Shown piece after piece: positions 8,321 to 16,430 of a DNA stretch of 52,512 nt. The notes under the pieces were generated by a model. The model did no database searches and had not been told where the DNA came from. It worked only from the letters and a program-made list of their open reading frames with translations. This DNA comes from a virus (lineage: Duplodnaviria; Caudoviricetes), in the IMG/VR virus record IMGVR_UViG_3300021368_000894, positions 1 to 52,512 of that record, one strand, 5' to 3'. Positions within the stretch are counted from its first letter, which is position 1, and every line of letters starts with the position of its first letter. The position numbers were made by a program, and so were the translations under genes.

Positions 8321-11300
8321 TTATGATGCGTTATATACGAAGTCTAGACTGTCGTCAGTTTCATTATATAGTATCTCAAATCTCTCGGTAGATGCTGAGT
8401 TCTCGCATCTTACTGCTCCTTTAACTGTAACATCTGCAGTAGCAGTTAGTGTTCCTGTTACCGTAGCACCAGAAGTAGTAGTTTCAAGTTTTTTGGAATT
8501 GTTGTGATAGAGATCTACACTACCATCTTTAGTAGCGGTAAATAAAGTGTCTGAATTGGTTGTCTCACTCATAGTGAAGACACTACCATTCCAACTCATA
8601 CTCATATTATCTTGAATACCACCAGTAACATCATCAAAAACTAGTGTTGGAGTATCAGATTGAATCCAAACTTGACCTGTACCTTGCGTAAAAATCTTAA
8701 GATCTTGACCTGTAGCAGTCGTAATCTGATTAGTTGCGCCTGCTGCATCATGATAAATCTGTAGGTCTTGAGAAGCACCAAACTGTAACCTATCATCGGT
8801 GGCACTACTACTATCGCCAAATTGAATTAGATTACCATTGGTGTCTAATGTTCCACCAAGTTGTGGTGTTGTATCTTCTACAACATTGGAGATTCCACCA
8901 CCACCACCAGTGCTAACAGAACCATCTGCCATCAAGAACTGGGAAGATGTTCCGCCAGACTTAACGATTGAAGTTGCAGTTAGTGCTCCTGTTACCGTAA
9001 CGCCAGAAATGGTAGTTATCAAAGTTTGAACATTGTTGTGATAAAGTTCACATGCTCCATCAGCATTAAACAATGCAATATTTTCAGTGCCACCTGTTTG
9101 TTGGATAGCAAATAAATTACCAGCAGGAACGCGAGTAAGTAGGTTACCTGTTGAATTATCTATGTATGAACTCGACCCATCATGATAAATCTGCAGATCT
9201 CGGCCATCGCCAAAATGTGCTCTATTAACCATTTCACCACTACTATCAGGAAATTCAATTACATTACTATTGGTATTTAAATCTCCACCAAGTTGTGGTG
9301 TAGTGTCATTTACAACATCAGATGAGATTCCACTCAGTCCAGAACCGTCGCCAGTTGGTGTGAGATAATCTGTGCCAGCAACAGCAGCAGAAATAGTTGT
9401 TCCATTAGACTTGACAATTCCATTAATGGCAGCAACTACAGGATCAGTTTCTGTATAAGAAGTTAGATATGTTTGAAGATCACTAATCTGAGATTCTGTA
9501 ATAGATAATGCTGCCTGGTGCTGTGTTACAGAACTTTCAGTGATATTAGCATTAGGTACATTTGCCCAAGTAACCGCAGAAGAAAGATCATTAGTTTCTG
9601 TATAAGAAGTTAGATATGTTTGAAGATCACTAATTTGAGATTCAGTGATACTTAATGCTGCCTGATGTTGAGTTACACTCGATTCGGTGATATTAGCATC
9701 GGGTACATTTGCCCAAGTAACCGCAGAAGAAAGATCATTAGTTTCTGTATAAGATGTCAAATACGTAGAACTATCAACAGAACCATCTGCCTTTAAGAAC
9801 TGGGAAGATGTTCCGCCATTTTTAATAAATGCTTCTGCTTCAATATCCTTATTAGAGACCCACTTAGTTCCACTATGAGAATAGTTAAAGGTAGCACTAG
9901 CACCGTCAACAGTTAAACCTGCACCATCTGCTGCAGCAGAGTCAGCAGCACCTGAAGCAACAGTGATGTTTAAATCCGAGACATCTAGAGTGGTCGTATT
10001 TAGAGTTACCGTAGTTCCATTGACAGTAAGGTTACCACTCAAAGTGAGATTTGTACCAGTAGCATTTGTTGCCAATGCACTAGCAGTTGCAGCATTACCT
10101 GAAGTGTTAGCACTTAAAGTATTTGTAGATGCATTATAAGTGTAGTTAGCACTATTAGTGAATATCTGTTCGTCTCCTGTCGCAGTTCTAACGAACACAG
10201 GGAAACATGTAGTATCACTAGCGTTGTTTCCTAAGTCAACGGTAGAGGCAACTGAAGCAATATCAGCAGTTCCAGCAAGATTTGCACTAATTTTATTTGT
10301 AGATGCATTATACAGTAAACTAGAACTATTAGTGAATATCTGTCGATCCCCTCCAGAATCTTTAACGAATGTCAAGAAACATGTAGTATCACTAGCGGTG
10401 TTTCCTAAGTCAACTGTAGAGGCAACAGAGGCAGTTCCAGTAAGATTTGCACTTATAGTATTTGTAGATGCATCATAAAGTAAATTAGAACTATTTGTAT
10501 TTATCCGTTGAGCTCCTGATGTGGCTCTAACGAATGTTAGAAAACATGAACTATCGGTAGCGTTGTTTCCTAAATAAACCAACTCAGCTTTAGTTGCATT
10601 TGCAGCAATACCTGAGGTGTTAGCACTTATAGTATTTGTAGATGCATCATAAGTGTAGTTAGCACTATTAGTGAATATCTGTTGAGTTCCAGTTGTATCT
10701 CTAACAAACAAAGGGAAACATGTAGTATCAGTGGCGTTGTTTCCTAAGTCAACCTTATCAGCATCAGTCGCATTAGAAGCAGTTCCAGTTAGATTTGCAC
10801 TTATAGTATTTGTAACTGAATCATAAAGTAAATTGTTACTATTAGTGAATATCTGTCGATCCCCTCCAGAATCTCTAACGAATGTCAAGAAACATGTATC
10901 ATCACTAGCGGTGTTTCCTAAGTCAACTGTAGAGGCAACTGAAGCAGTTGTTGATAAAACATTCGTAGATGGATTATATGTAAGACCAGTATCAACTTCT
11001 GGTCTTTGAGATCCTGTAGATCCATCAACAAAAACTAAGTATACTGATTCATTAGTGTTGTTATTTTCGTGGACATCGATATTCTGAGCAAGAGTTGCTT
11101 CTGATGCAGTAACAGAACTCCATGTTACATTACCAGAACCATCACTAGTTAAAACATATCCACTAGTTCCATTTGTAGTTGGATAAGATAGTCCCCCAGC
11201 AGTAAGAGAACCTGTAATGGTTGCATCTCCACTAGCACTAATACTACCTAGAGTTGCACTGGTAGCAGTTACATTAGGAATATTGAACTCGCCAGTTGAT

Positions 11301-11584
11301 GGAACGTATCTTAAACTCGTATCAGTTCTGAGGTTTTCATCTCCAGTTGTAGCATCAACAAAAGTGATGTAATGAAACCCAGATGCACTATTTGTAGCAG
11401 TTAGAGATACAGTCTCTGCATTAGCACCAACATCTACAATACTTTCCGTTCCGTCAACATTTTTCTTGATGAATACTTTTCCATCATACGTATTGATCGC
11501 TACTTCTCCCAACGCCAACTGTGTAGTTGTGGGAACTGAATTAGCCGTAGCAGATCTACGTAATTTAATTGTTGGGGCTGCCAT
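8321..11584 (-). CDS. Fibre protein with Mtd_N-like N-terminus and internal repeats
   Basis: N-terminal IKLRRS...P...L.LGEVAIN..DGKVFI; GNLTVNGTT motif; DTTPQLGG and DLQIYHD each twice; Ser/Thr/Ala-rich. Confidence 0.8.
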   Translation of the reverse strand: MAAPTIKLRRSATANSVPTTTQLALGEVAINTYDGKVFIKKNVDGTESIVDVGANAETVSLTATNSASGFHYITFVDATTGDENLRTDTSLRYVPSTGEFNIPNVTATSATLGSISASGDATITGSLTAGGLSYPTTNGTSGYVLTSDGSGNVTWSSVTASEATLAQNIDVHENNNTNESVYLVFVDGSTGSQRPEVDTGLTYNPSTNVLSTTASVASTVDLGNTASDDTCFLTFVRDSGGDRQIFTNSNNLLYDSVTNTISANLTGTASNATDADKVDLGNNATDTTCFPLFVRDTTGTQQIFTNSANYTYDASTNTISANTSGIAANATKAELVYLGNNATDSSCFLTFVRATSGAQRINTNSSNLLYDASTNTISANLTGTASVASTVDLGNTASDTTCFLTFVKDSGGDRQIFTNSSSLLYNASTNKISANLAGTADIASVASTVDLGNNASDTTCFPVFVRTATGDEQIFTNSANYTYNASTNTLSANTSGNAATASALATNATGTNLTLSGNLTVNGTTVTLNTTTLDVSDLNITVASGAADSAAADGAGLTVDGASATFNYSHSGTKWVSNKDIEAEAFIKNGGTSSQFLKADGSVDSSTYLTSYTETNDLSSAVTWANVPDANITESSVTQHQAALSITESQISDLQTYLTSYTETNDLSSAVTWANVPNANITESSVTQHQAALSITESQISDLQTYLTSYTETDPVVAAINGIVKSNGTTISAAVAGTDYLTPTGDGSGLSGISSDVVNDTTPQLGGDLNTNSNVIEFPDSSGEMVNRAHFGDGRDLQIYHDGSSSYIDNSTGNLLTRVPAGNLFAIQQTGGTENIALFNADGACELYHNNVQTLITTISGVTVTGALTATSIVKSGGTSSQFLMADGSVSTGGGGGISNVVEDTTPQLGGTLDTNGNLIQFGDSSSATDDRLQFGASQDLQIYHDAAGATNQITTATGQDLKIFTQGTGQVWIQSDTPTLVFDDVTGGIQDNMSMSWNGSVFTMSETTNSDTLFTATKDGSVDLYHNNSKKLETTTSGATVTGTLTATADVTVKGAVRCENSASTERFEILYNETDDSLDFVYNAS
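8915..9818. repeat. Pair of 43-nt direct repeats (8915-8957 and 9776-9818)
   Basis: 41 of 43 positions are identical. Both encode GGTSSQFLxADGSV and they are 861 nt apart (in frame). Confidence 0.85.
9447..9754. repeat. Intragenic tandem duplication with a 147-nt (49-aa) period
   Basis: GTTTCTGTATAAGA recurs at 9447, 9594 and 9741. The two full protein units differ by one residue (D/N). Confidence 0.9.
10100..10950. repeat. Five intragenic repeats of 165-174 nt (VDLGN..D.TCF..FVR..G..QIFTNS....Y...TN.ISAN)
   Basis: GTTTCCTAA anchors near 10226, 10400, 10565, 10739 and 10913; the repeats are visible in both DNA and protein. Confidence 0.9.
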
Positions 11585-11601
11585 GGTGATACCTATCTAG
11601 G

Positions 11602-11835
11602 TTAAAACTCACCACCATCCTTAACTGTATCTACAGTTTTCTTACGAGTAGATGGTGATTTTTTTGAAGCGTTATCTAACGCTTTTTGTAACTCGGAAAC
11701 ATTATCTAATGTTTCCTGTAATTTTTTTTCATGACACTTAATACGTGCCTCCAAAGCAACAATCTGGCTGAGTTGTGTTGACAATTTTTCAGTCATCACC
11801 TCAACCAGAGTTGCGTAATCTACTTGAACATCCAT
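11602..11835 (-). CDS. Small coiled-coil protein ending in DGGEF
   Basis: 77-aa ORF with heptad-like LSQIVALEARIK...LQETLDNVSELQKAL, filling the gap between two fibre genes. Confidence 0.75.
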   Translation of the reverse strand: MDVQVDYATLVEVMTEKLSTQLSQIVALEARIKCHEKKLQETLDNVSELQKALDNASKKSPSTRKKTVDTVKDGGEF

Positions 11836-11855
11836 AATAAAAATACAATATCAAT

Positions 11856-11862
11856 TATTTAT
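11856..11862 (-). promoter_or_regulatory. T4-type late promoter (ATAAATA) fused to the upstream TGA stop
   Basis: The minus strand reads TGA-TAAATA, about 21 nt before the ATG at 11835. Confidence 0.7.
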
Positions 11863-13427
11863 CAATAGGTTCCAGCATCAACTACTAGGTTCTGGAGGTA
11901 TCTTCCAGCGGTTGCACCATCAGGAGCATCACCAGCAGCAAGGTAACTAATAACTGCTTCGTTAGTTCCGGCAGTGTCTGTTACATTATAAGCAAGTGAT
12001 AAGAATGCAACTGGTGTTGGAGCAGCATCACTGCCACTACCAGCAATAGCAGTAGTACCAGCAACGAATAAATCCGCTCCTTCGTCATAACCAATGAATA
12101 CATTGTCTAATGAACCACGATTAACAATCAGACCAGAATCTGAAGTAGGAGCAGTGCTACCACCAAGTCCCTGTTGCAGTTCAAGGATAGCATCTGTGAC
12201 TGTCGTATTTGTTGTATTGACAGTAGTAGTTGTTCCATTAACTGTTAGGTTACCTTGGATCGTAACAGTAGATCCATTATCAGAAATAGAACTATTTACA
12301 AGTTGATCAGTAGACCACTTAAGAACTGCATTGTCTGTCAAGTTAGCAGCGTTCTTAAATGCTACGCTATCGGCAGCAACTGCAATACCATCTCCAGCAC
12401 CAACATTCAAACCTACAGTTTGACCTTCGCTTGCGGTTCCAGTCTTGGTAAGACCATTTCCTGCGGTTACATCCTCAACATAGTTACCATTAGTATCAGT
12501 GCTAAGATCAATAGGTCCAAGAGTAATTTCTTGACCAGAGATGCTTAGATAATCATGTGATGTATCATCAAGAGTTACATTAGTAGAATTATCTGTTCCT
12601 GCTGCATCAACACCTAAAGTTCCTCTAGCAGTAGCAGCATCTGCATCATCAATTAGAGATCTACCAAAAGCACTGATGGCAGTAGTAGCAGCACTAGTAG
12701 CAGAATCAAAGTATGGGAATGTATTTGCTGCTTGAGTTAATCCAGCAAGATCAGCAAGAATAGCATTCTGTGCTTGAACGTCTGTGCCGATAGTTAATCC
12801 GAGAGATGCTCTAGCAGTTGCTCCAGATTCTAGAACAAAGTTTGATCCATTACCAACAATGAATCCGCCATCAGTTGTCGATAAACCAGCAACATCAGCA
12901 ACAGTTCCTGTTCCAGCGATAGAGATAGCATCACCGTTTGTAGTGACAGTAACAGCGACTCCACTACCTCCAGAAGCAGTAAGTGTTTCACCATTAGAAA
13001 GAGTAGTGGTATTAGAACCATCTGAAATGGTCCAACCCGTATAACCACTTTCCTGGGTTACCCAAGACAAGTTGCCATTAGTATCTGACTGGAGAATCCT
13101 ATTTCCTCCAGGAGCATCTGGCCAAGTATATGTAGAATCGTTAGCAGTATCTGCAACCTTAAAGGTAACAGATCCACCACCACTACCATCAGTTCTGGAT
13201 AGAATTACAACTTCTCCAGATGCTGTAGCAGTAGCAGCTACCAGTGATTCATCGACACGAGCGGTAAAAGAACTACCACCAATAGTAACAAAAGAAGCAG
13301 ACCCATCTGCGATGTAAAGAACACCTGCGGTAGTATCTACAAAAGGTTCACCAATTAATGCATTATTAATACTTGCTGCGGAAGGAGACTGAGTTCCCCT
13401 TCTTAGTCTTAATCTTGGTGCTGCCAT
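11862..13427 (-). CDS. Fibre protein with Mtd_N-like N-terminus, ending in DAGTY
   Basis: MAAPRLRLRRG...GEP..D...LYI; ARASLGL.IGTDVQA and GRSLIDDADAATARGTLG fibre motifs; GNLTVNGTTTTVNTT. Confidence 0.8.
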   Translation of the reverse strand: MAAPRLRLRRGTQSPSAASINNALIGEPFVDTTAGVLYIADGSASFVTIGGSSFTARVDESLVAATATASGEVVILSRTDGSGGGSVTFKVADTANDSTYTWPDAPGGNRILQSDTNGNLSWVTQESGYTGWTISDGSNTTTLSNGETLTASGGSGVAVTVTTNGDAISIAGTGTVADVAGLSTTDGGFIVGNGSNFVLESGATARASLGLTIGTDVQAQNAILADLAGLTQAANTFPYFDSATSAATTAISAFGRSLIDDADAATARGTLGVDAAGTDNSTNVTLDDTSHDYLSISGQEITLGPIDLSTDTNGNYVEDVTAGNGLTKTGTASEGQTVGLNVGAGDGIAVAADSVAFKNAANLTDNAVLKWSTDQLVNSSISDNGSTVTIQGNLTVNGTTTTVNTTNTTVTDAILELQQGLGGSTAPTSDSGLIVNRGSLDNVFIGYDEGADLFVAGTTAIAGSGSDAAPTPVAFLSLAYNVTDTAGTNEAVISYLAAGDAPDGATAGRYLQNLVVDAGTY

Positions 13428-13462
13428 GTGCCTTTTCTACGTAAAGAACAATATCCTTCCTA

Positions 13463-13469
13463 TATTTAG
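13463..13469 (-). promoter_or_regulatory. T4-type late promoter (CTAAATA) overlapping the upstream TAA stop
   Basis: The TAA stop at 13466-13468 forms the first three bases of TAAATA. Confidence 0.7.
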
Positions 13470-13819
13470 TAAGTTCCGTAATCTAAAGCATCATCGTCAG
13501 TTCCATCTGCTTGATCTAACACCTCAAACTTAGTTATATGTTCGTATTTTAATGTACCAGCATTCCATACTAACATACTACCATCGTGTCTTCTAGAAAT
13601 ATCAACATCAGTTGATGCTCCTAATGTAGTGGGACTAGGTGTACCCCCACCACCTGGATTGCTTGGTCCAGATCCTCCTCCGCCAGAATTACCTGATCCA
13701 CCGCCACCAACATTACCAAATCCTGGATTACTAACGACAACAGATGTGGCAACTTGTGACACACTCGTAGACACAACGTTACCACCCCGACCAGTGTTGA
13801 CTGTTATTTGATATGCCAT
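13466..13819 (-). CDS. Small fibre-associated protein with a Gly/Ser/Pro linker, ending in DYGTY
   Basis: 117 aa; TLGASTDVD...DGSMLVWN fibre-type motif. Confidence 0.7.
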   Translation of the reverse strand: MAYQITVNTGRGGNVVSTSVSQVATSVVVSNPGFGNVGGGGSGNSGGGGSGPSNPGGGGTPSPTTLGASTDVDISRRHDGSMLVWNAGTLKYEHITKFEVLDQADGTDDDALDYGTY

Positions 13820-13827
13820 TTAAATTA

Positions 13828-14187
13828 CTACGAAAGTACAGAAGGTTCTACTTCAATGATACCCTCAATAACTTTTTCTTTTACTTCGGTGCTAGTATTT
13901 TCAATGAAGATATTATATACATATCTTCCTACCTTTAAACTAGTTGTTGTAGTTGTAAGAGCACCTCCATGATCAGGCATACTAATTCTTATTAGTCCTT
14001 CCGATGCATTTAAATCTCCCTGAGCATTTAGGGAAATTACATTGGAAGTAGTATAGTTTCTTGCCATAAAGGCACTTACAGTATATCCAGTTAGGTCAAT
14101 AAAATTACCATTAACGTCCTTGAGATTAAAGTCCGCATTGAAATCAGTGCCCTTAGTAATTGTTAAATTAACAGGTATTGCCGCCAT
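13828..14187 (-). CDS. Small beta-sandwich adaptor (BppU N-terminal-like), probable fibre anchor
   Basis: NLTI.KGTDF...F......G..IDLTGYT, GRYVY.I and KVIEG.I.V.PSV pattern; GGAGG upstream. Confidence 0.65.
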   Translation of the reverse strand: MAAIPVNLTITKGTDFNADFNLKDVNGNFIDLTGYTVSAFMARNYTTSNVISLNAQGDLNASEGLIRISMPDHGGALTTTTTSLKVGRYVYNIFIENTSTEVKEKVIEGIIEVEPSVLS

Positions 14188-14188
14188 G

Positions 14189-14227
14189 AAAAAACCCTCC
14201 CATATTCTTATTTATATGAGAGGGTTT
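14189..14227 (-). terminator. Intrinsic terminator-like hairpin that also contains the Shine-Dalgarno of the next gene
   Basis: The minus-strand RNA reads AAACCCUCUCAUA-UAAAUAAGAA-UAUGGGAGGGUUU-UUUC-AUG: a 13-bp stem with one G-U pair and a U6 run. Confidence 0.75.
14209..14216 (-). promoter_or_regulatory. T4 late promoter, perfect TATAAATA, largely within the hairpin loop
   Basis: Exact T4 consensus about 22 nt upstream of the ATG at 14187. Confidence 0.8.
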
Positions 14228-14230
14228 CTA

Positions 14231-14431
14231 TCATTCTTCAGTTGTCTCTGGAGTCTCTGGAGTCTCTTCAGATTCTTCTTTAGGACTCAGAAGTTCTAAG
14301 GTTTCCATACCTCCTTGAAGTTTTAGTTTATACTCTTTTGCTTTAGCAAGGTTTGATTCTAATTCGGCAATCTGCTTATCTGTGGTAGCAAGTTGCTCTT
14401 CAAAGTTTGCTCTAAGTTGTTCAGTGTCCAT
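14231..14431 (-). CDS. Small coiled-coil hypothetical protein
   Basis: MDTEQLRANFEEQL...LKLQGGMETLELL with an acidic tail. The ATG at 14431 is preferred over the TTG at 14440. Confidence 0.75.
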   Translation of the reverse strand: MDTEQLRANFEEQLATTDKQIAELESNLAKAKEYKLKLQGGMETLELLSPKEESEETPETPETTEE

Positions 14432-14458
14432 TGTAATCAAAAAAATAATTTATACTAG

Positions 14459-14465
14459 TATTTAG
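14459..14465 (-). promoter_or_regulatory. T4-type late promoter (CTAAATA) overlapping the upstream TAA stop
   Basis: The stop at 14462-14464 is the TAA of TAAATA. Confidence 0.65.
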
Positions 14466-14797
14466 TGCCTAGGAACGGCGGGGTTTGTTGGAGGATCGAT
14501 TTTGAAAGGAAGAAATGATTCAGGGAGTTCTTGATTTGCTCGATAAACAATATTCAAATGCCATCCTGGCAGAGGAGTTGCAGAATTATCTACAGGTTCT
14601 TCTTCTCCAGTTAACTCATCAATTTCATATCTTCTAGTGCTTTCATCGTAGAGAGTTCCTACTACATCGATAAATCCTGGACCAGGAACATCAATAACAG
14701 TGTCCCCAGTTGCATCATATGTTTTTACATATTCCAGTGGTTCAGCAAGTTCTAAGAACTGCTCCATGGAATCAAATCTCATATAATGTACTAACAT
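14462..14797 (-). CDS. Hypothetical protein, possibly fibre-associated
   Basis: 111 aa with AAGGAG upstream. IDVVGTLY...PLPGWHLNI...P..P.NP resembles, from memory, small proteins found next to phage fibre genes. Confidence 0.7.
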   Translation of the reverse strand: MLVHYMRFDSMEQFLELAEPLEYVKTYDATGDTVIDVPGPGFIDVVGTLYDESTRRYEIDELTGEEEPVDNSATPLPGWHLNIVYRANQELPESFLPFKIDPPTNPAVPRH

Positions 14798-14819
14798 TGG
14801 TAAGTCCGCTCCTTTTCTA

Positions 14820-14826
14820 TATTTAG
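14820..14826 (-). promoter_or_regulatory. T4-type late promoter (CTAAATA) overlapping the upstream TAA stop
   Basis: The stop at 14823-14825 is the TAA of TAAATA, about 23 nt before the ATG at 14797. Confidence 0.7.
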
Positions 14827-15377
14827 TAATTCCAGAATTGATATGCCATACTATATCTTGGCGTATCTACCGTAGTACCACTACCAGAATGAAGAACATC
14901 TCCTGGAATAATTAAAAGTCTTCCAGGCATAGGAGAAATTAAATCTGTTTTCATTTCTCCTGGTACTCTATTTGGCGAGAAAAATATTTTTGTTTCTCCT
15001 CCCCATTCAGGTTTCCATTTTGTGTTGGGGTATATAATAAAAGTCCAACAACCTTCAACTAAAGAATCTGTGTGTGGAAGAGGTTTGTCGTCTTTTTCAA
15101 AACAATTATACAACACTCTATCAAATTTTTCAACTTTTGGTATCTCAAGAAAATCTAACTCTAATATTTTATTGAGATACTTTTTTTCTATAGATGCAAA
15201 ATCTTTTTCTAAAACATGAAACCCTTTGGAAGATGGTTGTTTGAAGTTTGATTCTTGAACATCATCAAACATAATCCATTCAATCGATTGAATGTGATTA
15301 GTTAACTCTTCTATTTCTGTTTCTGTTAAAAAATTATCAATCACCCAGCAATCTGGTCTAACAATCTTTAGTATCAT
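14823..15377 (-). CDS. 2OG-Fe(II) oxygenase (prolyl 4-hydroxylase-like)
   Basis: IDNFLT, HxD (PHTD), W..EWGGET, P.PGRLLI, distal His (VLHSG) and RxS (PRYS). Confidence 0.9.
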   Translation of the reverse strand: MILKIVRPDCWVIDNFLTETEIEELTNHIQSIEWIMFDDVQESNFKQPSSKGFHVLEKDFASIEKKYLNKILELDFLEIPKVEKFDRVLYNCFEKDDKPLPHTDSLVEGCWTFIIYPNTKWKPEWGGETKIFFSPNRVPGEMKTDLISPMPGRLLIIPGDVLHSGSGTTVDTPRYSMAYQFWNY

Positions 15378-15904
15378 GGAGAAGCAATTTTAATAATAGT
15401 AATTACACCTGATGGAGCAGTAATAGTTCCAGTATTTCCTAATTGAGATCCTCTAAGTCTTAATGTAGAATTAGATCCAACCTGAAACAAAGCAGTTCCT
15501 GTATCACTACTAAAATTGTGGGTTCCGCCTTGCTGTGCTCCACCACCTCTACTATAGTTTGATTGATATCTGAAGGGTTGAATACTTCCATTAATATCCC
15601 ACTGGAAACCAGCATTGGTTCTAACTCCACCAGTAAGTCTACAATTAAAAGAACATTGATATGTTCCTTCATCAGCAATAGTGATGGTAGTTCCATTAGT
15701 CAAAGATGTGATACCACCAGGATCAAATACAAGTGCCAAACCATCAACATAGTTAGTAGTATTTAAATTAGTTCCACTACCAAAACTATATTTTGCTGCT
15801 AGTGTGTAAGCAGCACTTCCTGGTCTAATATCTTCTCCCGCGTAATTTTCAACAGCTGTTGCTGCTTTAATTACATCTACATGTAGTTTACCTGTTCCTG
15901 GCAT
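15374..15904 (-). CDS. C1q/TNF-like domain protein, paralog 3
   Basis: TITIADEGTYQCSFN motif. The start is moved to the ATG at 15904 (TAATG coupling, GGAGG upstream), giving 176 aa, in line with the paralogs. Confidence 0.7.
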   Translation of the reverse strand: MPGTGKLHVDVIKAATAVENYAGEDIRPGSAAYTLAAKYSFGSGTNLNTTNYVDGLALVFDPGGITSLTNGTTITIADEGTYQCSFNCRLTGGVRTNAGFQWDINGSIQPFRYQSNYSRGGGAQQGGTHNFSSDTGTALFQVGSNSTLRLRGSQLGNTGTITAPSGVITIIKIASP

Positions 15905-16428
15905 TATGCAATCCTCCAAAGTGTGATGTAACTATCTCCAGCAATGATAGTTGTATTTTGTCCTGCCGCTCCTGCTTGACCAAATTCCATTGCAACTGTA
16001 TCTCCAGCATTTAAATTGTAAGCAGTTACCAATTCAGTGCTTGCTTCATTATGACCACTTGCTACTCTAATATACGAAGATCTAGATTCTTCAAACTGAC
16101 CGCTAGAATTAATACGAAATCTAAATCTAGGAGAATCACGAGCTGCTGAATTATTATATGCCGTACTAGCCATCACAATATACATTCCTGAAATAGGAAT
16201 GGTAATAAATGTAGCGTCATTAGACCAAGCACCAGTTTCCGACTGATTAATGATTGGAGATGTATTAAACACTGTTCTCAAAGTAAATCCAGCTGTGTCA
16301 TTTGGATTTGGATTTGCAGTCAAGTTTGTTTGATACATCGCTGTAGAATTATAACCAGTAGATACTGATCCAGTACCTTCTTTGGTTACAGTGTTTGCTT
16401 TAATTGTTGTTACTGTTAAAGATCCCAT
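15904..16428 (-). CDS. C1q/TNF-like domain protein, paralog 2
   Basis: FITIPISGMYIVMAS and LNAGDTV motifs; terminal strand YITLWRIA. Confidence 0.75.
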   Translation of the reverse strand: MGSLTVTTIKANTVTKEGTGSVSTGYNSTAMYQTNLTANPNPNDTAGFTLRTVFNTSPIINQSETGAWSNDATFITIPISGMYIVMASTAYNNSAARDSPRFRFRINSSGQFEESRSSYIRVASGHNEASTELVTAYNLNAGDTVAMEFGQAGAAGQNTTIIAGDSYITLWRIA

Positions 16429-16430
16429 TA

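Noticed and set aside
9447-10950. CRISPR-like array
   Set aside because: Periods are 147-174 nt, multiples of three, inside an ORF, with homologous rather than unique spacers. No cas genes are present.
8321-11584. Diversity-generating retroelement (Mtd_N-like fibre plus near-identical repeats)
   Set aside because: There is no reverse transcriptase in the window. All repeats are in-frame coding, and mismatches are mostly synonymous and not adenine-specific.
15905-15919. Start at 15919 for the third C1q-like gene
   Set aside because: The ATG at 15904 has TAATG coupling and an upstream GGAGG, and gives a length matching the paralogs.
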